From Lepidodermella squamata (Eukaryota; Animalia; Gastrotricha): 64,000 nt of DNA. A program made the position numbers and the translations under genes. Shown in pieces: positions 19,859 through 34,851 of the stretch (position 1 is its first letter; each line of letters begins with the position of its first letter). Below the pieces are notes generated by a model that saw only the letters and a list, made by a program, of their open reading frames with translations, was not told where the DNA came from and made no database searches. The stretch lies in contig JBLDXI010000042.1 in assembly GCA_047495785.1 (NCBI GenBank), positions 1,240,001 to 1,304,000 on the forward strand, written 5' to 3'.

Positions 19859-22800
19859 ATGGTGAAACCGCCTAATTGGAAGCCAAAATCGAAGGGATCG
19901 CGTAAGTGTTCCTTTTGCAAACGGAAAGGTGTTCGAATCTCAACCCACTGCGGACTACTCAATTGCTCTAAAGCTAAAGGGCAACACCATCCCAAGCCGT
20001 GCATTAAGGTTCAACCTCCACAGTCCGCTTCTCAGTCCAATTGTATGTTTTCCTAATCAATCAGTTATATATGTTTCATCTGTTTTTACACAGCCACGTC
20101 GTGTTCGCATGTTGGCGAATCTTTATCGGTAGCTCCATCCTCACTCACTGTTCAGAATACGTCTCAGCAGTCGTTGATATCTCAAGGCTTGTTCTTGTTA
20201 TTCATCCTCAAATTGTATAAATTTGCGATAAAATTTCCCCATAGGTAGCGGCGCTGTTCTGACTGCTTCGGAGCAATTGTTGGATTCTCAAGGTCAGTAA
20301 TTTTTATTTCTCAACTATAACTTGACATGTGGCTGTGCCGTTCCAGCTGTTCCGGCTACCCGGGAAGATCCGCTGCCACCTCCGGGTTAGTTGTTAGATT
20401 GAGATTTATTTCATGTCTTGAGCGAATACCACTAAGCTCTTTTAAGAATTATAAGAATTGAAGAGGTGTTAACATATGATTGTTATGTCATTTAGTCTTG
20501 TCAAATAATATTTTCAGGCGCTTCTTTGAACGAACGGCAGGAATCTAGCGCGCCTGCAACACGTCAGCCAGTAACTCAGCCATCTTGTCCAGTATGCGGC
20601 GCAAAAGGCAGGAAGTATCTGACCCACTGCGACAATGAGGAATGCCGGATTAGTGGCCGCGGGCATCACGCTAATCCCTGTTTCCAGTTGGAACGACCCG
20701 GGCTACAGGCCGGTGTAAATCTTGAGCAGCAACGTAAGTATTATCCACCGGGTAACAACCTTTCATAAATAATGATTCATTTAGCTGTGGCGTCCTCTGG
20801 AGCTGTTGCTGCTACGTCACAACGGTCGCTGCCATCTATAGGTTAGTTATTTAATCAAGAATTGTGCTGCCTGGTGTTAACTAAAACTGCTGTTTGTTGC
20901 AGCTAGTGGTGGTTCTTCTAATGCACCTATTCTATGTGACAACTGCAGAAGACGATCGGTGCCCTTTTTCGACATCGACATTGCTGTCGTGGAAGAGCCG
21001 GTATCTGGACGCAGCTATGGTGCTCTAGGACTAAGGAAAGTCTATGAAAACTGCTCGTTATGCCGTTGTTGCCGTCACTATTTGCGCAACGGCGATGCTC
21101 GTTTTCCCGCCGGATGGCCAGCCCTTGTTTATAGCCTTTTCTTCAAAGCAGCGAATAGGCACCTAGCAGAGGCCCTCTCTAACTACATATCGCCGCTCAT
21201 GAAAATGATGTGGAGCGAGGTCGACGGCTCAAATGTTATGCGGGACTCGCAGCCGTGTTTCGTTGACAAGACACGTGATCTGGCTGATTTCATGGCCAAT
21301 ATCTACAAAGACGCAGGTATTCTATCAACCTACTAAATGAGTATACGAATGCAGTTTTTTTTTTAATTGCAGGAGGATTCAGTTACGCGCTAAACATGTA
21401 CCCAGTGCCCGACGTGATATGTCCGCAAGGTTGCCTCGCTTTCATGGAGAAGTGCCAGCTAATCCCGTACCATCATTTGATCCAACATGTCACTGGCAGC
21501 AATTTCTTCGATTCCGACTTGCGCTGGTTCGAGTCAAGGAGACCCGACTGGCCGTGCAACCCAGTGCCTTTCCTCGCTTGGGATTTCGCTGCTGCAATGG
21601 TCATGGACGAGACAAAGGGCCTATGCATCCTTGCCTGCATTGACCACAGCAAGCCGGACCTGTTTTCCATGTACCTGCATCTCCCTGCGAATCCCGAGTT
21701 CGACCGGTTCCACGATCCGCAGCAGACCGAAATCTATGCACCCGTGCACGTGCAGCCCAATTTCGTCAGAGGCGGGCGAGTCGGTCAGTCGAACGCATCA
21801 GTGCCAGTGACAAAAACTCTGGGTGATCAATTAGGTGTCGGCAGCTTTACATTGCGTGGTGCTCACTCGGCAAATCGCAAGGCTTTGAGCATGTACGCCA
21901 GCGCCTTTAAGCCACACCTTTTGGCCTTGCGATATCGTCCTGAGATTCGCAACACCGCGATCAGCAGATTTGGCGAGGAACACGTGGCTCACGTTCTTGC
22001 TGATTTTGATCAGCATTGCCCAACTGCTGTCGTGAGAAACCATGTCAAGGGTGGCACTTTCATCGAGCTAGCTGACTGTTACTTCACCTGGGCTATTCGC
22101 CGCAAAATCGCGACAGGTCAGTACATTTCATTCTTAATCTACTACTATAGATTAGACTCAACAGAATTAGCACTGCATTAATTTTGCTGATAGTGATAGC
22201 CTTGTAATCGGGCCCTGCACTGAATTTTAGATGCGTTTTGTCCAATATAAAATTCTCCAATATAAATGGTCAAAGAACGGATGTAGCAACTGTAGTAGAG
22301 TATCGCGCGGGATAACCACTGCAAATTATTATGTAGTGTACTTCGGGAGGATAAGATTAGGCCGATCGAACTGCTCCAAATTCTCGATATAATAAACAAA
22401 TATAGAGATACTAAGATTCAAGCGCATTAACAATTCATCATCGATTCCTACGAATTGTCTCATTTCGTCCTTCTTTATTTTAGGAAGTGATTCGTCGAAA
22501 AAAGGGAAAACACCTTCAGAAGCCGTGATCTTCAATCCGGTTCACCCGAACGATGATCATGGCTTAATCCCCTGGGCGTTCAAGTCGGGTCAAGGCGACA
22601 ACCCTAGTCAGCTCCTGACACTGGTTGCCAACGTCGTTTCGTTGTGCCGCCCTGTGTACCGTGCGGCGTTGAGTCATCTAGTGCTTGGCAGTCCCGATTT
22701 AACACGCGTCGACATCGGTGACTTGCTCAGTCATACTGTTTCGCTGCCGCGCCCGAAAACCCCTCGTACTCTGAATTTGTCGCATCTGGCAAGGGACTTC

Positions 22801-25800
22801 TGGTCACTGACAGAACCCGAAAGTGATAGCGGATCTGACGATGACGAAGAATCCCCCGATGTCGTTACGCGGGCATTAACTTTGATTGGGAGAGTTACTG
22901 CGCCGATTAATGATGTCGAGTTGTCGTTTGCTGGATCTCATCTTTTAGCGATAAGAAAGGGGCAAACCATGGACGGCGAAAGAAGGAGTCTCCGAAGTCA
23001 TGGTGAGTGTTTTATTCATATTTTGGCAATTATTGCTGCATTATTAGACGTTGTGGTGATACATATCATGATCTTGGGTCCTGAATTTCAAAATTTACTG
23101 GTTTTAATCAAAAATTGAAACAACAAAAAATTGAGGGCTCCCATTCAAGTTATAATGACGTAAATCTTGAAATATTGAGTAATTTTCAAATCGTTTGATT
23201 CATACCTAGATAACCCTTGTTTATTTCGTGTTGACAGTGGGTAGGGTGCTGGTCATCCACGGAGGTCAATCTCAGCTGCTGACCGAATACCAGACTTCGC
23301 ATGAGCTGCTGATGTGCCGACCCGAAGGTGCCTTGCCGATCAATTGGCCCGCATTGCCCTTGTCGCTGAAAGCTGGTCATCACCTGCTACTTGCCCGCGT
23401 CAAGTTTGGCTCGAAATCCTACATCGTTTTTCGATGGTCGCCTAGCTTCAGTGGCTGGTGGACAGTAGAGCCTAGCGGGCGAGTGGTTCGTGGTGTCAGT
23501 GATCAGCACATGCGCTCTGACGTCCAATTTGCGATTTACGCTCTGCCTGGCAACCAGACGTTCTGCAATCAAGCCGTCCGTCAATCGCTCGGTGGTCAAA
23601 GCAAGGCTGCCTGCGAAATGCATTTCGACTCTGTCGAGTTCAACTTCACTCTTATGAAAGTGCCGGTGAAACATAAGGTGAAGTGTTGCATGCGATCACC
23701 GGGAAGAGCCAATCAATGCGGCAAACCTGCTCAGTTGCGCTGTCCTGCGGGCTTGCAGAATGGCAGCTTGTCGTGCAGTGTCGGCATCTGCACGCGGTGC
23801 TTCAAGAAGCTTCCAGCGGACGGTATCACCAAGCTCTCAGCGCCTGACTTTCTGCCTGATGTGCCTGAAGATGCTGAATTGCAACTGTCAGCTAGCAGGG
23901 CATCGAACTTGGAAGCTCAAGCCGACGAGGTTCCGCCGCAGCCTGAGCAGCTTCATTTGGCTACTGATATTCAATTTCCTCGAGGCGATGCTGAGCCGCT
24001 GTATGATCCGACCAAGGGTATTCTCGCCAAGTATCTCTGGCAGCACTTGGGAATTCTGCAGCGAACCAGGCTCGCTTTCGATTCTGCCCAGAAGTCTTTT
24101 CTACTGCAGCAGATGGTTGCCTTCGGAGATGCCCCTGCTACTTCCATCTTGTACCCGGAGGGTGCTCTGTTTCCGTCACTTTTCTATTGCCAACGTGATG
24201 GCAGTGTTGTTGGTGCTTTGCCTCACCATCACTACTCGTCCTACAACTCCGACTATACAGGTGGAATCGGCTCCCTGTCTGATCATGTCAAAGTCAGGTT
24301 GCGCAACTTCTTCTTGGCAACAAGCTGGTCGTTTGCGTCAATCTACTTCTCCTTTGACATGAAGCTATCGGCGCAGCTGAACAAAAACAGCACTGCAATC
24401 TTCATGAAGCGTGGGACAGAAGGCCTGGCAGGTAAAGGCGCTGTTGGCTGGTCTCCTCCTGGCACGGCTCTCGAATACGAGGAGTTCGACAAGGAGTCGA
24501 GGCTGAAAGAGCTTGGCGCCCTAATCAAGCATGAAGAATGGAAGTGGTTCGGGACAATTACTTGTAATGATACAGGTTAGCACAAGTTTTGGTATTCAAT
24601 CTCACTCAATTGTAGACTGAATAATTTCTCCAAGAATTGTTTGAAATTTGAAATTTTACCACCTCGACCTACACAATGCATTATTTTTCAATTCCAGGCA
24701 CACCTGGTGTATGTGAAATCGTCAAAGCCCTTATGATAAACGCTCAAAGGCACCATGGTCCACGCCCTGTTCTGTCGAAGGCCGACTATCAGCGAACTTT
24801 TCGTCAGCGTCTGCTCCTTGTTTCAAGGCTTGACGAGACCGAGTACAAGCGGCTGTACTACGCCCATTTCATCCTCATCAGCATGGCTTGGCAACGAGTG
24901 CAGGAGCATCTGATCGAGTTCCTGAAGCGCACGAATGTTGTTGGCACTGTCACCACTATTTTCGTCAGGAACGAATTTCAGAGCGAATCACTCGTTGGCA
25001 ACAAAAGTCATCTGCATATGGGCATTTCAGTACGCGAAAGCCGGGCAGAACTGCTGGAGAAAGTTTGCTGTGATCCTCGTGAATTCTTCTCGGAGCGGTA
25101 CGGCACGTCATTCGACGAGCTTCAGCGCTTGAGGTTGGTCGAGAGCCGAGATCACTTCGAGCTGCTCAAGGAGGTCCATTACCCCTTCCAACGTCACGAA
25201 TGCGAGAAAGCGTTTTGGAAATGTCAAGTTCCACGCGGCGAAGGAGGGGAAATGGTTTGCCGAGTTCGCCAGCACGGCGTCTCCAGCAGCGGCTATTTCG
25301 AAGAATTCCGCAACGTGTACTCCGAGGATACCCTGAAAGAGCTGCAATCCCTAGACCTCGCCAGAGAAGTGCCCAATCCCACTGGCGACTTTGACTGGGA
25401 ATTTCTGGCTGATCAGCTCAAGTCGGGCGTGTACCACTACGCGATCAAGCATCTCGAGAAGGGCGTGAAGTTCATTCCGCAAATCCCGATCATCGCGGCA
25501 ATGATGGGCGGCTCCACGAACTTTCAGATATGCGATTCTCATTTCAGCGTATCTTACCTGACGAGCTACGTTGCCAGCTCCGACGCTCGCCCTGAAGCTT
25601 ACGCTGCAACGACAGATGTTCCGGGCCAAGTCGTTGCTTTGTTCCCTGCTGGTTTTGAGCGAGGTCAAAAGCTTGCTAGTGTTCGGTGAGTAATATCTTT
25701 GCACTTCAATTGACTTGAAAAACTTTGATGTTTTTAGGAAAGTGATGGAAGCGAAGCTGAAGCATTTCCGTCGAGAAAGCATGCAGAGCTTTATCTTCAT

Positions 25801-28800
25801 CGCCTTGACAGAAGTTGCTTGGTTCGCGTTGGGGTTTCCCTACACCATCACGAATGTCGGTTTCGTACACATCAACACACACCCACCAGCTTCGCGGCTA
25901 ATGTTGTGGCGACCGAAAGAAGCAGTGAAAAAGCGACTACCGGGTATGCTCTTGAGAATAGTTATTGTGATTATTTTCAAATAATATTCCAAAAACAGGT
26001 ACAGATGTAGTTGCTGTCGACCCAAACTACAATCGCCGGGGCCTGCCTCAGTGGCGCTTGTTCACGGAAGCATGCATTCGTCTGATCATGAAAATGAGAG
26101 GCACGAATCTGCTAGCTGGCCCTGTCGAGAAGTTCGAGATTCGACCTCCCGAGGCTCGTATCTTTGCGTCACCTGCTATCTATCACGCGGTGTTCGTCAT
26201 CGACCGGAAAAACCGACGACCATACAACCCGATGGTCGATCCTTACATCCGTTTTTTCGACGGCTTCAAGCGGGAGGTCCGAATCAACGATTGCAGTTTG
26301 CGCATCGCGCTCGACTATCTGGCTCAGCAGGACCAATCCAATGCAGCCGTTCAAGCACTCACGGAAATTTTCGAACTCTTGGTCGAAGGCGATCCTGTCT
26401 ATGTTGACCGGTAACGATCTTTACGTTTTTATAATTTTCGGAATATTTCAAATGTACGCTGAACTAGGTACTTGCACGTCACAAATAAGGCGGCGATAAT
26501 TCCAGTCCTATCCACCATCTCTCCGCTCAACCGCTTCAACTTCTTGTATCACGTCGTCATGACGTTTGGTCGAATCGAAGATGAGGCTACTACCTTTCCG
26601 GCTGGGCATCTCCGGGCGGCATTTGTTCGATCGGGGCTCATTCGGGTCAATCCTGAAGGCGAGCCGACCAACCTTCCTGCCGACGTGAGGTCTCTGAAGC
26701 GTCGCGTCATTCTCGAAATCTTCGCTTTCCTGCCAATCGGTGTCAAGAGATTCGATTTTTACGTCGCCACTCTGAAATCCATGTTCGAGCAGTTTTTCTT
26801 TGGCGATGGAGGCACCGACAATCTCTCGGCACTGACTGACTGGGATGCGATTGAACGGGAAGTTGACGAGGATATTGTCCGAGCGGAAGGAGAAATGAAG
26901 CGGTCTGTGGTTGAGGTGACGCATTCGCAGCTTGTCGGGAAATTGCCGCTACCACCGCTGTCGGATTTCACTGACGCTACATCGTGTCAACCTTTGGAAT
27001 GGATTCCGAGTCTTCAACGACAACCAGGTCAGTCGGACCAGTCTTTCCAGGAGCAGCAGGCGGCTCTGGCTTTCGGTATGAAGACACTCGAACGCTTCCG
27101 AAGCAGAGCTAGCTTCAAGCACATCGCACTGGTTGGTCCTCCTGGGGCTGGAAAGACAACGCTGGCGCAGATCCTTGCCATGGTTGCCGTTTCTAAGGGA
27201 CTACGAGTTGTCATTACTGCTTTGACCTCGGAGCGAGCACGAGTTCTTGGCGGTCGGCACATCCACCTGCTTTTTCCTTTGCCGGTTAAGCAAATACCGT
27301 ACAAAAATGTAATGGCGTATGCTGACGGCTGCCTCAAGAATCTGTGTTTCAAGACTACGCCGTCTGTTGTCCTATATCGGGCTGACGTCTTCATCATCGA
27401 AGAAATTGGGCTGGTCTCTGCTGAAACCCTGGAAATCTTGGACACAGTTATGAGGAGTCTTACAGGTAAGCAAACCAGCATTCAATTATTACTGGTATTT
27501 ATAGTTTTCATTAGGAGTCGATGCGAAAATGGGTGGCAAATTGATCATTGCTACCGGGGACTTTGCTCAGCTCGAGACGATCAATGGTGAGAGTTGATTT
27601 ATTGCAATACTAACATGTATATTGTATTTGTTTTTTTTAATTATCCCAGGTCGATCCTTTTGGGAATCAACACAATTGTACCTCAGCTACGACGTCGCAT
27701 TGTTGAAACATTTCGTTCGGGCTGCCACTGACCCGCTACTCCAGCGGGTGCTGTTGATTTTGCGGCAAGGCGTTCTTGACGAGATTGACCGGGACTTCAT
27801 CCTCAAAGCTGTGACTAGAACGTGCAACTTTTACGACACTTGGGACAACGTTCCGTTCCTTGTCCAGCGGATCGTCCCAACAAGAGAAGCTGAACAAGAG
27901 GTTAGTTGGAAACGGAAAATTTTGGTGATCACTCTTGCCTTTCATTAATTGATCAGGTCATTCGGAAGTTCCTGCAAGACGCTAGTCTCAGTGGCAAGAC
28001 TTTGAAAACAGCTCTATGCATCGACGAAGTAAACACGCGTGGTGCCTGGGAACCTCTTCACCGTCCCGAATGGAAAAAAGCTATCAACAAACAGTCACTC
28101 AAGCCCGAGAACTTAACGCTCTTTGTTGGTGCTGTGGTTGCTATGACCTACAATCACGTAGCGTCGAACCCGCAACACTCCTTCTCCCAAGGGCAGCTAG
28201 CTCTGGTGACGCAGTTGCCGGAAGACATGGCCGCACCGGATGCCAAAATTTCTGTCCGCTTGGTTCCTCCAGGGCTGCGTGACATTGCACCAGATGAGGC
28301 TTGGCCAGAAATAAGTGTGGGCCGGCATCGGGACGATAACATTGTTGTTGGCGACAACAAAACGCACCTGCGTCGTGTTCAGTTTCCGCTGCGGCATTAC
28401 ATTGCCTCGACTATTCATCGTGAGTGCTAACCTTGTTTTTATATTCAAGTATATAAAAATGTTAATTGTTTTCAGGAATCATGGGTTCTACCTGCGAGAA
28501 CGGCGTTGCAGCCAAGATTGCTTCCAACGAGAAGGTACGTATTGCGAACAATAACTGTGGATATTGATATGTTCAATGTACTGTAATGAAGGGCTACGTG
28601 CTATGGGAACGGGCGCAGCTTGCTGTCATTCTCTCGCGGTGCCGTTCACTTGACCGTGTGTCATTTGTTGGCGAACGCGCAGACATCACTGTGGCCATCG
28701 AAAGGCTGTTGATGGCAGTCGATGAGCCATACGAGGCTATCGTCGCATCGCTGCAAACGCTGGACGTGCTGCCTACCTCAACAGTCGCCAGTAACTGGTC

Positions 28801-29947
28801 AGCCGGACGACAGCAGCAGGTCAGCGACCCCGACGAACTGCCCGACATCACGTTCCGCGTTTTACGAACAACTTCCGGGTTAGTCCACTTACTTATTTGG
28901 CTCTTTGTATAGTCAACTCACTAATTGCGTATGTCCCATTATATATCGAGTCTTGACAGTTCATATTTCTATAACCATTTTATTATATTTCAAAATAGAA
29001 TAAGTCGAACGTTTTCAAGAAAATTTTTCTTATAGATCATTCACGATCGAGCAGCTTGGCGATGCTCAAACTTCCATCCCATTGTAAGTATGGCATTGTT
29101 CATCTGCTTTATATACTATTCAAAACTTCTTCATAGCCCTGCAACCGTTGACCAGGCAAGCTCCTCCGATGCGCCTGTTGTCCCACGGTTAGTATAACCT
29201 ATCAATTCCATTTCATTGCTTCAAATTCTGCTCAATTTATCAGAGTGCCGACATTGTTGGACTTCTACCGCGTCGTCGGTCCTGATTTGTCGGAACGCGA
29301 GCCCAATGGCGTCGTTTATCAATTGGTGGAGGTGGCTCAGCCGTGGGCCAGCTACTTTGGCGAAACCGAGCAAGCGCCTCTACAGCGACTTTATGACCAC
29401 AATCACAGTAAATACAAGAGAGACTAAAAAAATCGAACTGCTAACATTTGATTTCAGATGCAGGGGCCGCGATGACTCGCGGCAAGCAATGGCATTTGTA
29501 CGCCGTCGCTCGTGGCTTGCCTGATGACGAAACCAGGTTGAACCTGGAGAAAAGGTGCCAGGACCTAATTACAGCGCAACCTGAGCTTTTGCCGTGGCAA
29601 GTTAGGACCAAGTTTGAGTCCTACGTGGACGACATCAACGCTCGCCTGCATGGGTCCACTGCTGTAATTCGTTACGGCGAGTTGGACGAGGCTAAGGTTC
29701 ACCGCCTGCGTACGATCTCCTTGTGAGTCAGCTGATGGATGTCATTCTTTTTACTCAATCCTTTCACTTTTCAGCACGTCGACAATTAGAGTAGCACCGG
29801 CGCCACCGTCAGCGCAAGAAGAAGCAGGTGAACTAATCGACCAAGATCCGCCCCCAAAGCGGTAAATAGATTTAAGTTCACATTTGCTTGTAGCTTTTTA
29901 CTATTATTTTCAGAATTCATCTCGCAAATAATTGTTCGCCGTCTTGA
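19859..29947 (+). CDS. Spliced RepHel-GIY-YIG transposase (unit 2)
   Basis: Same exon series as unit 1 with conserved splice sites. ATG at 19859, TGA at 29945-29947. Confidence 0.85.
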
Positions 29948-31399
29948 TGTTTCTGCCGATCTTCCGATAAATGAAATGTTCCAATTCAATGTTTTTCCTA
30001 GTAGTAGCCAATAAACGTATTGCACTTTTTCTAATAGTGTTTATTGAATCAGAGTTATCAGATCGACTTGACTTAATATGAATCAAATCGCCACGAAACC
30101 GTAATTTGTCTGATCCTTGTGCTTCGTCCATTATATAATTTTTCTAAAAGATTACCTAAGCTGATTGCCATGCTCTTGGCTCTGTGGCAACCGAACCATA
30201 TTCATCTCACAAGTTGGCACTACAGTTGCTTCCGGAACCCACCATAAAGATGACAGGTCTTAGTTTCAAGTTTTTCCATTGCATCACCATTGCTAAATCA
30301 AAATCCATCAAATAAAAATGCTTCCCTGCGTAAATCTATAATTTCAAATCTTAATCACGGAAAATAAGGTTTATATCAAATCAAATCAAACCCAAAGCAC
30401 TGATGAGAATATCAAATTTCAAATGTCATTAACACTGGGGTGAGGGGGAGCCACCGTCCCCTCCAACGACGTGGAGGGGAACTCCAAGGGGTGGTTCGAG
30501 TCCTTACCTATTACCCAGGAGAGTAGAGAAAAAGAAAAGGCTAGCGCAGCGTAAGCCTTGGAACTCTCCTGGATGGGGGCGCGACTCTGGGAGTTCCGAA
30601 GGAACGCCAGTTCCTTTACACGTGTTTTACACATACGCCGTAGATTACCACGAACGAAGTGAGATTTCATCCCAACAGGGGGGCCCGAGAACGCGTTGGT
30701 TAACAGGACATTCTCCGATGAAGCCGCCCGATTTATGGTAGTATCCTGGACCCCTCAGGACCTCCCAGAAACTTTTTCAGCTCTAACGGACCTTCCGTTG
30801 ATTTTCTAGAAATTAGGACGGTTTTTTCCTATTTTACCGTATTTTTTGGTCACGTGACCCGGAATGGGTAGTATATGAGGGGACAGTAGGAGGATATGAT
30901 AAGGACACCAAAAAACTAACCACGCTAACCAGAGTATCCAAGCCAGCTGACAGGCTGGCCCCTCGCCCCTGGGGGAGAGGGGCCTACAATAAATCAACAA
31001 TGCTAGCTGGCGACCAAAGAGCAAACGACGAAAAGGCAATATACGTAAAAGTCAAGGTCAATTGAACAATTCTGCGGCGAATAAATTGTGCATTTTCCAT
31101 ATACAACAATAGGTTTACATGTAATCGACAACGGAGAATCCGAATATGACGTTCATTTTGTTATGAAGCAATTATAACCCAATGATAGCCCCTCCAACTA
31201 ATTTTTCTGTTCACTGCTATGGAGTTGGCATGGTTATATTTTTTATTAAATAACATAATGCAGTTCAAGTTTCAGGGCTCGAAGTTTTAAAGCACATTTT
31301 TAAGTGAGCGGTTCAATAACGCACTGTCTTATTTCCATATTCATATGCATGCGCAGAAACAAAAAAAAATAATAATAACAATAAAAAATTAAAAGAAAA

Positions 31400-31476
31400 T
31401 GTGTCGCGGCCGGGACTCGAACCCTCCATTAACTGCATTTCACAACGTTACACTGAAACCACTCGGCCACAACACA
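31400..31476 (-). pseudogene. tRNA-like / Pol III cassette (unit 3)
   Basis: Same sequence as the unit 2 copy. Confidence 0.6.
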
Positions 31477-32191
31477 TCTGACATATCCATCGCAAATTAA
31501 ATTTCAATTAAATATTCAACGAAATTATCAAAACAGTTTCCAGCGCCTTCCGGGAATCGGACGCGTCTCTATATAATTTATTCACTATATAATTCGCTAC
31601 GCAGTGGTTCGGAAGGCAGTGGTTCGATTGCTGCTCACATCACATTTTTCCTTCTCATTTTTTCTTCTTAAAATCAGATTTATTTCTGTTTAATTTTTTT
31701 GCAGAGTGAGCAATAAAAAATAAACGTTTACCATTCACGTGAATCTTCATGAGTACAAAGTGCATGCCTGTCATATGGCCGACACGCGATTCAGCATCAG
31801 CTGTTTCACGGCGCAGCGGCGGCAACAGCAAGCAGACGGTTCGATCCGGTATTCAACCATCATTCACAACGATTTATTTCTCTTCAAAACAACCTCTATT
31901 TCCCTAATCATTAGAATTACTTATGCTGCCAGCTCCTATCAATCTATCTTCCGCTCGAATCGATAACATTGTGACAATGTTGCTCTCTCAGGTTTGCTAG
32001 TATATTATTCCCAGTTCATATCACCATTCCCACTATAATTACAGCTACTGGATGAAATGGCGATTTCAACACTGTTGTCCACTTTGGTTTTCCATGGTCA
32101 CTACTCCCTACCAGAAAGCGGTGAGTACATTATTTTCCTCATTCATTTTTTTTACTATTGTAAAATTTATTGATTTTTTCATTCATTAACA

Positions 32192-34151
32192 CGTTTTTTT
32201 TGCTCCCCAATATTTTCTTTCGTCGTTATGCTCCCGTATTCGACGTTTTCGCCATCAGCAACGTCGATTCCACTAATTCATGTCATTTAATTTTACCCTG
32301 ATTTACTTTTTTCAAGAATTTTTTCAAACTTTGAAATTCCAAACCAAGGTCGTAGGTTGGTGCCCGACCTCTCATTTTTTCGCCCTCAAATATTTTCTTT
32401 CATCGATATGCTCCCGTTCTCGACGTTTTCGCCATCAGCAACGTCGATTCCACTAATTCATGTCAATTAATTTTACCCTGATTTACTTTTTTCAAGAATT
32501 TTTTCAAACTTTGAAATTCCAAACCAAGGTCGTAGGTTGGTGCCCGACCTCTCATTTTTTCGCCCTCAAATATTTTCTTTCATCGATATGCTCCCGTTCT
32601 CGACGTTTTCGCCATCAGCAACGTCGATTCCACTAATTCATGTCAATTAATTTTACCCTGATTTACTTTTTTCAAGAATTTTTTCAAACTTTGAAATTCC
32701 AAACCAAGGTCGTAGGTTGGTGCCCGACCTCTCATTTTTTCGCCCTCAAATATTTTCTTTCATCGATATGCTCCCGTTCTCGACGTTTTCGCCATCAGCA
32801 ACGTCGATTCCACTAATTCATGTCAATTAATTTTACCCTGATTTACTTTTTTCAAGAATTTTTTCAAACTTTGAAATTCCAAACCAAGGTCGTAGGTTGG
32901 TGCCCGACCTCTCATTTTTTCGCCCTCAAATATTTTCTTTCATCGATATGCTCCCGTTCTCGACGTTTTCGCCATCAGCAACGTCGATTCCACTAATTCA
33001 TGTCAATTAATTTTACCCTGATTTACTTTTTTCAAGAATTTTTTCTAACTTTGAAATTCCAAACCAAGGTCGTAGGTTGGTGCCCGACCTCTCATTTTTT
33101 CGCCCTCAAATATTTTCTTTCATCGATATGCTCCCGTTCTCGACGTTTTCGCCATCAGCAACGTCGATTCCACTAATTCATGTCAATTAATTTTACCCTG
33201 ATTTACTTTTTTCAAGAATTTTTTCAAACTTTGAAATTCCAAACCAAGGTCGTAGGTTGGTGCCCGACCTCTCATTTTTTCGCCCTCAAATATTTTCTTT
33301 CATCGATATGCTCCCGTTCTCGACGTTTTCGCCATCAGCAACGTCGATTCCACTAATTCATGTCAATTAATTTTACCCTGATTAACTTTTTTCAAGAATT
33401 TTTTCAAACTTTGAAATCCCAAACCAAGGTCGTAGGTTGGTGCCCGACCTCTCATTTTTTCGCCCTCAAATATTTTCTTTCATCGATATGCTCCCGTTCT
33501 CGACGTTTTCGCCATCAGCAACGTCGATTCCACTAATTCATGTCAATTAATTTTACCCTGATTTACTTTTTTCAAGAATTTTTTCAAACTTTGAAATTCC
33601 AAACCAAGGTCGTAGGTTGGTGCCCGACCTCTCATTTTTTCGCCCTCAAATATTTTCTTTCATCGATATGCTCCCGTTCTCGACGTTTTCGCCATCAGCA
33701 ACGTCGATTCCACTAATTCATGTAAATTAATTCTACCCTGATTTACTTTTTTCAAGAATTTTTTCAAACTTTGAAATCCCAAACCAAGGTCGTAGGTTGG
33801 TGCCCGACCTCTCATTTTTTCGCCCTCAAATATTTTCTTTCATCGATATGCTCCCGTTCTCGACGTTTTCGCCATCAGCAACGTCGATTCCACTAATTCA
33901 TGTCAATTAATTTTACCCTGATTTACTTTTTTCAAGAATTTTTTCAAACTTTGAAATCCCAAACCAAGGTCGTAGGTTGGTGCCCGACCTCTCATTTTTT
34001 CGCCCTCAAATATTTTCTTTCATCGATATGCTCCCGTTCTCGAAGTTTTCGCCATCAGCAACGTCGATTCCACTAATTCATGTCAATTAATTTTACCCTG
34101 ATTTACTTTTTTCAAGAATTTTTTCAAACTTTGAAATTCCAAACGAAGGTC
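32192..34151. repeat. 180-bp tandem satellite, type B, ~11 monomers
   Basis: 180-bp period with the same variant order as unit 2. Confidence 0.98.
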
Positions 34152-34397
34152 ATTTTTTTGAATTTTAGAATTTCGGAAATTTATATTAGCATTTCATTTT
34201 TTTTTATTTTTTCTCTTTTTTACCAGTTTGCGAATCGAATGACCGATGTTGCACATGCTGTAATCAAATGGCTGAAAACGATTTCAAGACGAAGTGATTT
34301 GTGATTTTTCAAACGTGCTACTTCATTTGAACGTTGTTTACCAGCTTTGCTGTATGATGCTTTTTAAATTATATTGTTCCAAACCCCATTTTCGCTG

Positions 34398-34692
34398 ACC
34401 CAGGCAGTAATAGGGTAGAGATGCCGTCTCAATGCCCGGCTATGCAGTTAAATAGCCAACCGACGTTGGAATAGTCGGTATAAACTTCCACCGTCCCGGC
34501 TCAGACGGCGAAAACGACCACGTCTTGGTGAGACGGTAAAAAAAACTCCGACAAGGCAAGGTCGGTAAAAAACTTCCAAAATGTCCGCAGGGCTGAGCGA
34601 CCAGCGCCCTCACTGTGATTCGTCACAAATACTAAGCTGGAAGGGAACCTATGACGATCTGTCAGGCATCTTCGGATCCGAGGTTTCTCCCC
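34398..34692 (+). ncRNA. Candidate structured element (unit 3)
   Basis: Copy of the unit 2 block. Confidence 0.55.
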
Positions 34693-34851
34693 GATATTTC
34701 AATTATTGATGTGCATTGGTAATTTCAATAAAATATGTTTTTCATTTCAATATATTTTTTTTAATTGATGTTCTTCATTCCATTCGCATATGGTGTTATT
34801 TTTTATTTATCTAGTTTTATGATGACAATTTTGTGATTATGAACTGGAATC

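Larger units (their letters stand above)
15593..30584 (+). mobile_element. Helitron-like element, tandem unit 2 (14,992 bp)
   Basis: Near-identical to units 3 and 4 (ORF track repeats at +14,992/14,993). The phase of the unit boundary is inferred. Confidence 0.85.
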
